In this document: positions 35,701 through 50,040 of the stretch, in pieces | Layout: each line of letters starts with the position of its first letter | Position numbering within the stretch: the first letter of the stretch is position 1 | Assembly: GCA_964016885.1 (NCBI GenBank) | Contig: OZ024758.1 | Span: forward strand, 1,736,001-1,800,000 | Source: Eledone cirrhosa | Lineage: Eukaryota | Reading direction: 5' to 3' | Length of the DNA: 64,000 nucleotides | Program-made: the position numbers and the translations under genes | Notes under the pieces: model-generated | The model's database searches: none | Told to the model about the DNA's origin: nothing | Seen by the model: the letters and a program-made list of their open reading frames with translations, nothing else

Positions 35701-38700
35701 AGATACCTGGAAAATAGTTGTGATAAAGCACAGATGAAGATATATGAAGCCACACATCTTACAAGGACATATGAAAAAATTCTTCAAAAACTAAAAGAAG
35801 TAAGTATTTGTTTCTAAATTTCTCTGTTCAATTTTTAGTTTCAACTTCCAAATGAAAAGTTATTTTATAGATAATTTTTAAAATATGCCTCCATTAATAT
35901 TTTTATTATTTGATAAATTTTATATTAAATGTTCTTTTTAGTAAAATTAATTTCAGATTTTATAATTTTGGGGTAAGAAAAACAAATCAAATTTCACATT
36001 TTATTAAAAATAAGTCCTCTATATAATTCCCATTGTTATTCAGTGGTGGATTGGCAGTATCGGTAGAGAGTCGGACGCCATGCTTTGCAGCACAGAGTTA
36101 CGTCCCTTTACGGAGTGAGTTCAAATCCCGCTAAGGTTAACTTTGCCTTTCATCCTTACGGGTCGATAAAATAAAGTACCAGTAATGCACTGGGGTAATT
36201 GTTGGCCTTGTGCCAAAAGTAGAAACAATTATTATTGAGAACTTTCCTCTATTTATCAGTTTTTTTACTTCCATTGGTGGAAAACCCTTTTGATATCTCT
36301 TTTACCTGTTCCAACCATCCGGCTGAGGCCATATATATATATATAATCTTTCTCAACTATATTTATTCTTCATTATAGGATTCTCTGAAATGGCCGTTAG
36401 TTTTAGAACACCTTGAGAAGGAAATCAGACAAAGTTTGAACGAACAAGAAGAATTACAGGCTATGTACAGAGATGCCCAACTGTCGAAAGAGAATGCTTT
36501 GAAAGTTTTGAAGAAAAACGAGGATATGGTTTCTCAAGAAAGGAAGAAACGAGAAATAGAATTACAAGGACTCAAGAAAGAAGCTGAAGAAAAGAAGATG
36601 CTACATGACAGAATAGAACGCAGATTCAATGTGAGTCAAGTTTTTATAAAGTTGATTTGGCCTTTTAGTGTTTACATTACTGTGAAAATACCATAGTATA
36701 TATAGAATAAATACTTTATTTCACATAATATTGAATCTATGAAATTTTGATATTATTTATTTTGAGAACAATACCTTAACATAAATATGAGCAGCTGGTT
36801 ATGGCTGCTTTGAACAGAAAGAGGTGAGAGAATTCTGGCCAGATACAACTGGTTTAAATGCTGAAGGGTTAAAATTGTTGCTATGGTGACAACAATTTAT
36901 AGAAAATACCTAATTATTTATTACGAGGGTTGGCTGAAAAGTTCATAATCTGATTATGAAGGAGTGGTGCTAACGCTTGGTGCTAAATCTTGCATGCATT
37001 AATTTCAACTCTTATTAATAACTGCATTGTTTCTCTCCAAGGACTATATTGACAAATAAATCTCATTTGGTCATTCCATGAGAGTACCTTGGTCAGCCTA
37101 TGAAGGAGTGATGCTTGAGCTGTGAAATCTTGCATGCAATTCATTAATTTCAACTCTTCTTATTAATAACAGCGTTGTTTCTATCTATGGACTATTTTGA
37201 AAAATAAACCTCATTTGGTCATTCCATGAGTACCTTGGTCACCCTATAAACATTTCAGGTTGACCCTCATATTGTGTATTTCATCAGAAATACAATACAG
37301 CCCGGAAAAGGTCAACTCTTGTGATGTCATTTATAAACCTCAATATAATTGACATTCTCCTCCCCCAAAATTGTTATCCTTGAGCCTAAATCAGAAACCA
37401 TTATCTTCCGTATTCTTTCTGTCTCCATACAGGCTCAACGATCATCTTTTCAACATCAAGATGAAGCTACATCTGGAGAAAAGCCTGCTTTATCTGGAGA
37501 AGAGCAACAGCAAAAGATCAGTACATATGAAGAAGCTTTTAAACGTATCAAGGAAGCTACTGGTGTCTCTGATACTATGGTAAATTGTTCCCACTCTAGA
37601 TACATAATTATTTATGTATACACACACATGCAAATACACACATATACATATATACGTTCATGTATGTATGTGTACATAAATACACACATATACCCAGTCC
37701 ACCCTGTAAGGTGGTTGTGCTGGTGACGTGATGAAAAGGTACCCAGTCCACTCTGTAAGGTGGTTGTGCTGGTGACGTGATAAAAAGGTACCCAGTCCAT
37801 CCTGTAAGGTGGTTGTACAGCGTGGAGGAGGAGACGGTGTCTATAGAAGTGTAATTCTTCACTACTTTGGAATTCTAAAAGATACAATTCTATATTTTGG
37901 TATCCTTCTAGGAAGTTGTAACTCGGTTTGAAAACCAAGGAGCGACAACAATCCATCTGGAAGAACTGAAGCAAGACAATGAGAAACAAATTTCACTTCT
38001 TAGAGAAGAAAAAACTAAACTTCAAAAGACATTTGAAGAAATGAAATATACAGGAGAAACCAATTTGTCAAGGTGATTAAAAAATAATTCTTAAATTCTT
38101 TAAGTATTTGTGTATATTCTTCCTCTTCCCCCCCCCCCCCTCATATTTTTATGTTCTTTCAATAATGTTCCATGTTTCTCTTCAGGGGTCAAAGAATGCT
38201 CGAAGATTTCCAGGAAAAATTAAATGAAGAAGAGACCAGTCGGAATAACATTGAAAAAAAGTTGGAGAAAATGTCTAAAGTTTTACTGCAAGTCAAATCT
38301 GGCATTGACCATCTTGCTGACAGACTGTCCCATCTAAAAATGGTATGTGCTTCACTTTATCTTTATATTTCTCATGCTTTCATTTCATATTTCAGATGTA
38401 AGAGAACGACAGAGCTTCGATGAACTGAGAGAGAAAAGCTGGGTTTAAGAGGAATCAGAAGTGGTGTGCAAGAGAGAAGACTGCATTAATATGTGATGTG
38501 CATGGATGATCATTGGGTGAAGAAGTGCCAAGAAATCGCAGTGGAAGGAAGCAGCAGTAGAGGAAGACCTGGGCAGAGGTGGTGAGAGTTGATCTCAGAT
38601 TGCCGAAATTCACAGTGGAGATAACAAAGGATCTAGTATTTGAATATAAGATCATATATATCTAGTACAGCAACTATTAAGAATAATACTAGGCTGAAAT

Positions 38701-40067
38701 GTTATGACCATTAACAATGCTAAAAGGTTAAAATAAGTTCTGATGAATGTTTCCCTCTCATTACTACAGCCAAAAGGGTTCTCCATGTCATCTAAACTTA
38801 CCTCTTCAAACGAGTATGTTCTTGATCAATTAGCTTTATGTGAAGAGAAACTACTAAAACTGATGGAAGACTTTAGTGATGTGGACTTGGAGAAAATCCA
38901 GAAACAAATGGAAGATGAAGAGGTAAGTAGATGTGTGAAACATCAATGACTTGTCATGATGGAGAAGTGTGTTGTTAATATATATTTACGGAGGGGGATT
39001 TATTGCTTTTGGGTGATGGGTTTCATTGACTCTTATATTGGAGTTCACAAGGTTGTAGCTATATTTTTAACTTTTATTATGATTAACCTCATGTTTTTAT
39101 GCTGCAAAAGAAGGGACAAAGGGCCCCAAAAGAGCCCACAAATATGAACTCCCACTGGAAGTTTGTAACTAGGATGTTCACAAGATGGGGACTTACTGTA
39201 TCTGTGGTAGTTCGTTAGTAGGATGTTTGTAAGGTGGGGACTTACTGTAACTTTAATTTGAATTCTTTACCTTTGATTTTCAGTTCCATATCAATATTGA
39301 AAGTAAACTTCCTGCATATAATACCCGTGTTAAGCTTTCCTCACAACAACTTGAAAACATCTATGCAGGTGAGTTTTCTTCTTTTTAAGAAGTTCTATTT
39401 GTTTATCGAGAATTGCCATTCTTACTGTTATAAACAATTTTATGCAATAGAGATGCCTTAAATACTGTAACTTTACCTTTCATCCTTACAGGGTCGATAA
39501 AATAAAGTACCAGTAATGCACTGGGATAATTGCTGGCCTTGTGTCAAAAAGTAGAAATAATTATTATTTTCTAAGACTGATCAGTTTCAAAACATCAGTA
39601 CTATGAAGTTATAAAAAAACAAAGGACAAATGATGACAAATAAAACCAAACAAAGTAATGTTTTACCCAATATATTTCAACATAAAATTTCAGGGCTATA
39701 ACCCTCTTTTCAAATGTGGAGCTGAAACAGTTCAAAACATTTGAAAAGAGGGTAATAGCCCTGAAATATACTGGGTAAAACATTATTTTGTTTTGTTTTA
39801 TTTGTCATCATTTGCCCTTTATATATTTCTACAGCATTGTACCAGCTTTTTGAAACTTATCAGTCTTTTATTACATAACCTGCAATACTTTCTATTAACT
39901 ACACTAACTTATTTCTTTTCTTTGTGTTAATTACGAAAGAGAGCGAAAGTAGTCGAGAGGATGAACCAGAAGTGTTGAGCAGAAATGCCATAAAGAAAAT
40001 ATCTCAAAGTATAATCGATGCTAAGATGAAAAAAGATATACCAAGGAGAAGAAAAAAAGCAAAATAA
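32492..40067 (+). CDS. CCDC151: Outer dynein arm docking complex subunit 3 / coiled-coil domain-containing protein 151 (549 aa)
   Basis: 12 exons: 32492-32573, 33792-33913, 34394-34471, 35071-35250, 35695-35799, 36379-36630, 37433-37579, 37912-38072, 38186-38342, 38770-38922, 39284-39368, 39940-40067; 1650 nt, phases consistent. Coiled-coil protein with LLDGDRKAYNE..IKRNKEKIKTLRKENKEL, YEEAFKRIKEATGVSD, EVVTRFENQG, EEMKYTGE and LPAYNTRVKL, recalled as CCDC151/ODAD3 motifs. Confidence 0.88.
33015..33065 (-). ncRNA. Degenerate hammerhead copy, same family as 50820
   Basis: Minus strand GTGTTC-CAGATGA-TTCTATATGAAT-GAAA-CAG-TTCTTATT-CTG-TC-GAAGAC; one core substitution and one stem I mismatch. 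Confidence 0.5.
34038..34277 (-). mobile_element. RTE/BovB-like LINE ORF2 fragment (pseudogenised)
   Basis: Minus strand YGAES*VLYRKQIKLLEIFSQQFLRSIIGICWQDYVTNEEVLKRGDITSIESMLMVRQLHWAGHVSHMKDSRMPKVVF, the typical post-RT region of RTE elements. Confidence 0.85.
36877..36890 (-). promoter_or_regulatory. RFX X-box in CCDC151 intron 6
   Basis: Reverse strand GTCACC-AT-AGCAAC matches GTNRCC(N0-3)RGYAAC. Confidence 0.5.
36924..37269. mobile_element. mariner-like MITE
   Basis: TA-CGAGGGTTGGCTGAAAAGTT ... ACATTTCAGGTTGACCCTCA-TA with internal duplication; partial copy at 49262-49430. Confidence 0.7.
39573..39867. repeat. ~295-bp imperfect palindrome (foldback element)
   Basis: Arms pair along their length, e.g. 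ATTTCAGGGCTATAACCCTCTTTTCAAATG / CATTTGAAAAGAGGGTAATAGCCCTGAAAT. Confidence 0.85.
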
Positions 40068-40675
40068 ACAGAGCAAGAAATTATTAAATTTAACTCAAAC
40101 CTTACACTAATGAGGTAAAGTAGGAAGGAACAATAGTATAATGACACCACTAATACATCAGCACTTGTCAAATATTTTCAACTTCTTTTATTATTTAAAT
40201 ATTTAAATTCAATATTTAGGTATTTTAACCCTTTAGCATTTACATTATTCTATATTTAAAATAATAATAATGAAATTATTGTGTACAGTGCTCAGGTGCA
40301 CTACAACTACTATTATATGTTCATGGTAAAGGCTTTACCTTACATAATAACTCACATAATATCGAATCTATGAGATTTTGATGTAAAATTTTTAAATATG
40401 GATAATTTATAATTAACATTTAAAATTAAATTGACCATGATGTCAAAGATTAACCACAACTGATTTTTAATGTTAGGCATTAGTATTGGATGATTAGTTT
40501 GATTAATAGTTTCTACTTTTGGCACAAGGCCAGCAATTACTGGTACTTTATTTTATCGACCCCGTAAGGATGAAAAGCAAAGTTAACCTCGATTTGAACT
40601 CAGACTGTAAAGTGCCATAACTCTATGCTGCAAAGCATGGTGTCTGACCCTCTACCAATACTGCCAATCCACCAC

Positions 40676-41562
40676 TCTTTAGCATTTAAACTGACCATAT
40701 CTGGCCAGAATTCTCTCATACTGACATTAGAGTATTGCTCTCAAAATAAATAATATCAAAAGCTTAGCAGATTTGATATTATGTGAGGTAAAGCCTTTAC
40801 CGTGAAAATACAATAGTATATATAGAGTAATGTAAATATTATGTGAGGTAAAGCCTTTACCGTGAAAATACAATAGTATATATAGAGTAATGTAAATATT
40901 ATGTGAGGTAAAGCCTTTACTGTGAAAATACAATAGTATATATAGAGTAATGTAAATGTTATGTGAGATATTATGAGGTAAAGCCTTTACTGTGAAAATA
41001 CAATAGTAAATATAGAGTAATGTAAGTGTTATGTGAGATATTATGTGAGGTAAAGTCTTTACTGTGAAAATACAATAGTATATATAGAGTAATGTAAATG
41101 TTATGTGAGATATTATGAGGTAAAGCCTTTACTGTGAAAATACAATAGTAAATATAGAGTAATGTAAATGTTATGTGAGATATTATGTGAGGTAAAGTCT
41201 TTACTGTGAAAATACAACAGTAAATATAGAGTAATGTAAATGTTATGTGAGATATTATGAGGTAAAGCCTTTACTGTGAAAATACAATAGTAAATATAGA
41301 GTAATGTAAATGTTATGTGAGATATTATGTGAGGTAAAGCCTTTACTGTGAAAATACAATAGTAAATATAGAGTAATGTAAATGTTATGTGAGATATTAT
41401 GAGGTAAAGCCTTTACTGTGAAAATACAATAGTATATATAGAGTAATGTAAATATTATGTGAGGTAAAGCCTTTACTGTGAAAATACAATAGTTATATAG
41501 AGTAATGTAAATGTTATGTGAGATATGTGAAGTAAAGCCTTTTATGTGAGGTGAAGGGTTAA
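40676..41562 (+). repeat. piggyBac-like MITE with internal 60/70/72-bp tandem expansion, about 11 units
   Basis: Same unit as the 30.9-kb array; right end GAAGGGTTAA. Confidence 0.9.
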
Positions 41563-42686
41563 ATATCTTCACAGTACAAAGTTGTCCAGTATTTCAGCCC
41601 AACTTCAATACATTACATGTAAAAGTGGAACAGTATCTTTGGTGACAGTATAGTGAGAAGTAGGGACACTGAGAGTAAGATATAACCCTCAGTAGACAGT
41701 CCTCGCTGTATCATCATCATCAGTGTTTAACATTTATTTTCCATGTTAGCATGGGTTAGACTAGTTGTCCTGTTGTAAGACAAGTCAGATCAGATGACTG
41801 TGTCTTGCTCATACAGAACCATTTCTGGCTTGGTTTCTTTGGGTAGATGTTCTTCCTTAACATTAACCACATTTACAGTGAGGACTGGGTACTTTTTATT
41901 GAGGCACTATAATGACTAACAGAGTGAACTGGGGTATGGTGTGGCCAATCCTGGCCAGACTTGTCTCTTGATGCAAGCATGGAAAAATAAACGTTAAATG
42001 ATGATGATGATGATGATTCTAAATAATTAGGATTTGTAGTATTAAACCTAAAACAGTAATTAATATACACACAGAGGCTTTGTTATTACATTAATGGTAC
42101 CTTTTCAAATGAGAACAACTGTAAGTCAAAATTAGGAAAAAATGTCAACAAATTTAAAATTTTAATAAAGATAAAACTGAAAGAAAAAGAAGAAACATTT
42201 CTTCATTATATTAAATGTTATATTCTGAAAAACATTTTCAAAATATCAAATCCCTAAACCTATTTCGTCGGTCTCCATTATACACTTTAGCTTCAAACAA
42301 AATTTTGAAATAAAAAAAAAGTCTCTTGAGATGTTTTTCTTTCTTTTTAGAAATGATTTTTGGGGAGAAATGCTTCATATTTCAGCTCATTTTATTTTTC
42401 TCTTTTACCTTGTGGCTATTTTCCTTTTAAATTTCCCCATGCAAAAAATTATGGTTAGTGTATTATGATTTTTATAATATAAAATTGCTTAAGTAATTAC
42501 TCATGAGTTCATATATTAGCTATAATTTTTACAATTTGTTTTTTGTTTTGTTATCATAAAAGCACTCCTGTGAAAGCTTTACTGTTAGGTTGTTATCAGG
42601 GAAACAAACCTCCTACATAAACATTCTCAATTGTAGTGAAAATGTAAATAGTCCATAAGAGGTTTTAGTTAGAGTTTAACAGGAGT

Positions 42687-45600
42687 TTACCACCAGAGGA
42701 AACGGATAAACAACATAAGAACTACAATTACAATGACAACGGCAGCAGCCTTTGCATAAGTGGAGCGGAGATTCAAGTAGGTTGCGTCCTTCTTATACTG
42801 TTGAGACAATATGGATAAATTGCTGGCTTTGTTGCCTAAAGCTGAAGAAAACAAAAGAAAAAAAAAATTGAAATTAATTTTTTTATATTGTTTTAAATAA
42901 AACAAAAACAAAATTCAAATAAATAACCCTCCCAAGAATAAGTGGGCGAAAAAGAAGAAGAGTATTTCAGTAAATTGATATGTGTCTTCTGCTGTGAGAT
43001 GAGACAACATAGGCTGCAGATATAGGTGACTTCTGCTCTAAGATGAGACAACATAGGCTGCAGATATAGGTGACTCCTGTTCTGAAATGAGACAACATAG
43101 GTGGCTTCTGCTCTGATATGAGACAACATAGGTGGCAGATATAGGTGACTCTTGTTCTGAGATTAGACAACATAGGTGGCAGATATAGGTGACTCTTGTT
43201 CTGAGATTAGACAACATAGGTGGCAGATATAGGTGACTTCTGCTCTGGGATGAGACAACATAGGTGGCAGATATAGGTGACTCCTGTTCTGAGATGATCA
43301 AGTGTAGAGATAGTCACCTGCTGTTTTGAGACAACATAACAGACTACAGACATAGGTACCTCCTGCTCTGAGATGACAGCATAACAGAGTGCAGATATAG
43401 CTAAATGGTTAACAAGCCTGTTTCACAATGGCGTCGTGTGCAACTCTGGTCGACCTAAGCCGTGTCAGTGAAATTGGGAAGAAAACTAAAAATAAATCTA
43501 TAAAAGTATATTTTCTGTGTCACTTACTGTTTAGGGCTTCTCCACGTTGTAAAACGTCGTCAATATTTTGTACCATAATTCGCTGCACATCTTGAAGTTC
43601 TGTATTGATAGTAGACAAGTTCTTCCGAGCCCGTGAGTCCATGTAGGATTTACGAGTTTTCTGGATGAATGTGTCTGAGAAAATAACAACATTGAAATCA
43701 ATTCTCACAAAATTAACGTGTTTGGTGAACATTTCTAAAAATTGGACAATTTCTTAAAAATAAGAAATCTTTTTAATAGAAACATTTTAATGTCTGCATT
43801 TCCTGCTAAACATAAAAAAGGCGCATAAGGAAAAAAGTAGGATACACTATTTACAAATGGAATGAAGTGGTTTATCATTGAGAATGCGCTAATCCAACTA
43901 GTGAGGACATTGAGAAGGGTTATAGTAAAAACATATCCTTTACATGATGGCCTGTAAAAGGAGCACTTTATGCAATGGAAATTTTTTACTTTATTTACAA
44001 ATTTACAGACTTTAGTGTGGTATACAGACAGGAGTGTTAGCATGTTGGACACTTACAGTAAGTTTCAGATCTGGGTTCCCAATCCCATCATGGCCTATCA
44101 GTCGCCATGGAAACCCAGCATGTACTACACAACCCATGGTTAATCATGGATAGCCTGGTATTCAAACTGATGAGAGCAGCCGATACATCGTGATGATGAT
44201 AATGATGATGATGATGTGTACTCCTTATCTATTAAGACTTCTTTAATGAAAGATACTTACCAAATTCTATGAAATGATATGGCCGAGAAACAGTATCCAC
44301 TTTCTTCCCATACAGTAAGGAAAACTCTCCTTGTAATTCTTCTAGATAGAGAAAGGCAAGCCTCTTGGAAAATACTTTATCACACAAAACCAAATAACAA
44401 ACTCCACGTTCAATTATGTAACTGAAAGACAATTAAATCAGTATTTAGTTGCAAATATACAAGTAAATGTTGATAATTAATTTAAAACGACTCTAACTAA
44501 CCAGAGACATAATAGTAATGGTTTCTGATTTAGGCACAAGGCCAGAAATTACCCCAGTGTATTACTGGTACTTTATTTTATCGACCCTGTAAGGATGACA
44601 GGCAAATCTAACCTCGGTGGGATTTGAACTCAGAACGTAAAGGGCCATAACTCTATGCTGCAAAGCATGGCGTCTGATGCTTTACCATTATTGTCAATTG
44701 ACCGTTCTTAAAGGTAATAAAATGATAGAATAATATATTAGTAGAAATATAAATAAATATATTGATTCAACTTACACGAAAGGAAGCAACGGTTTCTCAA
44801 CAAATACTCCTGCTCCTACGTAAAGGGCCGTAACTCTATGCTGCGAAGCATGGTGTCCGACGCTCTACCGATTCTGCCAATCCACCGTCCCCAGATACAT
44901 AATAATAATAATAACAAGGTTCACTTACTGGAAAAAATACTGCCCTGTCTCTAGTGTCTGTCTCGCTGTTGGGGTCGTATTTCCACAGATTTTCTTAAAC
45001 AACTGTTTGGCTTGATTTTGGTATTCCATAAGACTTCTCCCAGACTGAAACAAGATAATACATGAAAGACAATAACACAAACTGGTTGACCTCGTAGAAG
45101 TACCACAGTTTAATTAGAAACACCAAGAGGGAATTTAGGGTGGTAAGTGTGGAGGAATGATGTGGCCTAGTGGTTAGTGTATTGGACTTACGATCATGTT
45201 GTGGGTTTGATTGCTGGACTGGGTTGTGTGTCGTGTTCTTGAGTAAAACACTTCATTTCACGTTGCTCCAGTATACTCAGCTGAAAAGGAGTACCGGCAA
45301 TAGCTGGGGATTTAATCCTGCAATGGACTGGTGTCCTGTCCAGGGGGAAGTCATGTGCTCTCAGTCGCTTCACGCCACGGAAACTGGGATAAGCACTGAC
45401 CTGAAGAGCCTTCAGGCTTAAGAGAGAATTTAGATTTAAAAAAAAAAAATTATAATCATTGTTTTTACTTTGACTTTTAGTTGTTTCTTTCACTCCACGT
45501 GGACATGTTATACCTATTGTAAACTGAATGATCTACTGCCAAGTATAAAGAAAGAAAGAACTCTTGTGAATGGTTTAGTTGACTGGAATGTCCTTCATGG

Positions 45601-48022
45601 ATTGAAGTAATTATAAAAATAGTCACAATACTAAATATGTCAGTCATATCAACATCCACCATCATCAATCATACAAAACTAAATATTCTACATTCATCAT
45701 CATCACCACCATTTAACATCCATTTTTTCCATTTTATTAAGGCTAAATATTGAGTCTTGTAACCCTGTAGTTCCACCTGTTTATCAGTGTCAGTGATAAA
45801 CAGGCAAAACTCCAGAGTAACAAGACTCACTATTTAGCTTGGGTTGGACGAGTCCTTTTTGTTTTCTCTACTGCTACTAAAATGGTCCTCTTCTATCAAC
45901 TTACTATGTCAGTTCACCTAATCTACTCACCCAAACTCCATTTTAGAACCTCCCTAATCCTGTCAGCCATAAACCATATATCTACAGATCTTTTTTTACT
46001 CCTTCTTCGCCCACTTATTCCTGAGTGGGTCGTGGGGGAAGAGTCCTCAAACACTGCTACTAGTGGGTCCTGACAGAAGCAACTAATCCGGTTGGGTCCC
46101 CAAGCAAGACCAGCCAAGCTCATGAATGTTATTCAACCATCTTGCTCAGGGTCTACCCCTGGGTCTCCTGCTGGTTGGTTTTGCCCATCAAATCTGTCCA
46201 GCGATTCTTTCCCCGAGACATTCTAACGACATGTCCATTGTGTTGGCGCTGCCATCTCTCAATTTGGAGAAAACACTACTACAGAATCCTTTAACTCACT
46301 TTGTCTTGATGTAAAATCAGCTCAGCAGAAACCTATAAAGCTATAGGTTATACTCACAGAAGTAGTTGCATTTGGTACAGCAAGCTAACAATTTTAGAGT
46401 TAAGAGTTAGCCACAAACATGATGCAATGCCAGTAATACAAACTGCCAACCTCTCTTAACCTGTTCATCTTCACTTTCTATGTTGCATAACTTTTAATGG
46501 GCTGTTAGGTCATCATATAGGGTGTACTTCCTGTAGTTTGCCAAGAACAAGGTCAACATATCTTTGCTCTTGCTATGAACTTTGCATACACCAACCAGTA
46601 TCTTGCTGGACATTAACCTTTTAGCATATCAGGCCACTAACATCAACAAATATTTTCATCTTCATTATGTTTCAATTGGGTGGGATTTGAACTCAGAATG
46701 TTAAGGGCCGCAACTAGATGTTACAAAACATGTTTGATGCTCAACCTATTCTACTGCCAATTAGTATAGATCTAAATATTGGTTTCGGATTTAGGCACAA
46801 AGCCAACGATTTTGGGGGAGGGGAAAATCGATTAAATCGACCCCAGTGCATTACTGGTACTTTATGTTATCGACCCCGTAAGGATGAAAGCAAAGTTAAC
46901 CTCGACGGGATTTGAACTCAACGTATCTGTAGATAAGAAATAATGAAAACCATAATTAACAGAATTTCAAAATATGTTTCTTCTTTCATTTATTTATCCA
47001 CAACTTTTAAACTTTTTCTTGGGTGGTTTATATTTAACAGGGTAGAACATTTGCAGCAGTTGACAGTTTTATAAAATAAAAAAAATGGACTGGGAGAAGG
47101 AAACGAAAAAAAAAAAATCATACACGTAAGCAAGGAAACAGGGGTGGGGGATTTTACTCGTTCTAGTCCTGTAGAAGCTTTTCTATATTAAAAATATATG
47201 TTTCGAAAATAATCTAACTTGATATATATATACATATATATATATATATAAAAAGTCATGTAGTGATTCTTTGGGCTAGGTTTCGAAGTCGATGACCGTA
47301 GGTCTTACATTTATCTGTATTGTCTCGGTCTAAATAATATTTTATTTTGATAGACAATGATAGAAGGAAAGGTAAAATGGAAACCCTGGTAGCATTTAGG
47401 TTGAAAGTACAGAAGGGCGAAACTGACTATAAACAGACCTACCAACCGCTAAAAACTCAAAACTGGGAGTAGCACGAAAAAAAGTGCCCCAGAACGAGGA
47501 AAAATTGGGGAAATTTTACGTAATGAAAGCTATACCCATTTTCACAAGAGAAGACATCTGTCTCCCACCCAAAAGTGGGTGGGAGACCTCTTCGTCGGAC
47601 GGGGAGAGTTGACAGGTCTATATAAAGCTTTTAGAATCGGTAGAATGTCGAACATGGCTTCGCGGCATTCAGTTACGTTTCAAGTTCAAATTCCGCTGGG
47701 GTGGACATTACCTTGTATTCTTCCGGAGTCGATAAAATGATTATCAGCGAATAAATCAATCACCCCTTCCCTGCAATTTATGGCGTTATGCCAACGTTGG
47801 AAATCAATCGTTCAATCAGGCATTTTACAACACCGCCCCCATCATTTTTCAATCACTTAAACAGAAAACCGCAGTTAGACGGAGGAAGAGAAAAGATTCT
47901 GCGACACCATGTAAATAAATTGAAAAAACAGACCAGCTCCATTTGAATGACACTTGTATAACTATTTTAGAAATACGACATTAATCTAACCCAAAATATG
48001 TTTAGATTACAACATGGTTTAT

Positions 48023-48083
<61 letters not shown>

Positions 48084-49999
48084 GTATATATGATTTCATC
48101 ATAGTAAGGAGACCACTCACAAATTATGTCAGACCACTTACTGATTAGTGGCATAACGGTTTTTAATGTGTGTGTGTGTATATATATATATGTGTGTGTG
48201 TGAGAGTCCCAGGTTCAATCGGGGGTAACCACAGTAAGGTACTCAATACATTAGTAGAGTGTAAACATCAGGTTTAATATAATCCTGTAGAAGCCATTTC
48301 TATATTAAACATGATATATATATATATGAGAAAGGGTGTGGTAAAATACCAGGTTAACCATAACCCACCAGAGTACTCGATACTTGGGGTAGTAGAGTAA
48401 ACCCGGGAACTAATTAGTTCCCAGGTTTACTGAGAAGCAGATATTACATAAATATGAAGGCCCCAGGTTTACTGAGAATAAAGTGATGATGAGTTTAGTG
48501 GTTAAAGATCTTCATACCTTAAACTTGAAGAAACTTATTGTATGTGCAGCCATAGAAAGTTGCAAGTGTATGGTGTAGCGGGGGCGGCTGTACATACAGA
48601 GAACTTTGAAACATTACAACAAACTAAGAGAAATAACTATAGAATCTTCATGGGAAATGTTTTCTTAGGCGAGTTCAATACTTTGGATTAATAAGGGGAA
48701 AATAAAATAAGGTTGTATGTTAGCCATGTTTTACAGATACCATCATGAATTTACATTGAACATGATAACAGCATAGTTAAGAATCGAACTGAATCAATAA
48801 GGTGTATATTAACGAGATGACCAGACTTCAGAAACAAAAGTAACGGGTTATTTTAAATCATTTTTCTTTATTCGAATAGGCTATGTAGCCGGTAATCCCT
48901 ACAGGGACGCAACACACATCGCTACAGCGTTTCACCAGCCCCTTCTGTTGTCTGTATCTGTTTATATATTTACATGTAGATGTGTGTGTAACTAAAGCCT
49001 AACGTAAGTTACTAATCGATAACTAAATAATTTTAACTTTTTTTTTTAAACAATTCATGGTCAAATTGTCTTAACTGGGCCGCAACTCATTGTCTGACCG
49101 GCTACATAGCCTCTTACCGGTTATATAGCCGCTTCATTGGTTATTTAACTAACATGTTAATCCAAAGAAACATCCCAGAGGAGAACTAGGTTTTACTGCG
49201 AGGTGCCCCATATTTTATTGCTTAGTTGACAGAAAGATGGAGCACCGCCAGCCTTAATTATTACGAGGGTAAGCTGACAAGTTCACGGCCTCACTATGAA
49301 GGAGTGATGCTAGAGCTGTAAAATATTGCATGCATTGCATTAATTTCAACTCTTCTCATTAATAACTGCATTATTTCTTTCCAGGAACTATGTTGAAAAA
49401 TAAGCCTCATTTGGTCATTCCATGAGAGTATCTTTGACGTTTATAGGCATTTTTATGGACCACGTCCAATATTCGCGGTTTTCACTCTGGGAACGTAAAA
49501 AATCAAATTAGTTGAGGGTATTGGAAACTATCGATAAAGTTGAGCACCAGAATAAATACTTTACTCTAATGATCTTTAGAAATCCTATTGATTTTTGGGG
49601 GGTTGATCCTGTCAGAAGGAAAGCTAAATCAGATTGATATATTTTGAAATCCATTATACCAGGGTCGGGGTTTAATTTAATGTATCCCTCCACTGGAAAA
49701 CTGACCCTGGGTATATTTAATATATATATATATATTGCTGGTAGAAGAACCAGAGGTACATATGACTATAAAATATCTTGTGGTATTTGGATAAATCCTG
49801 TGTTAAAACCCAGCCAAGGTTAACTTTGGTTTTCTACAAATCTGACAGCAATAAATAAATACTAAACGTGTATTGAAAACAAGGAAACCCCTCAACCCAC
49901 CCTCAAAATAGATTTTTTTCTCTCTCAGACTGAGAAATAAGTATTTCTTATGAATGCTTTGTCGGTGGACTTTAATTTAAATGTAATTATAGATGGAAA

Positions 50000-50040
<41 letters not shown>

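Noticed and set aside
44167-44192. CTGATGAGAGCAGCCGATAC as a hammerhead
   Set aside because: GATA instead of GAAA and no convincing stems.
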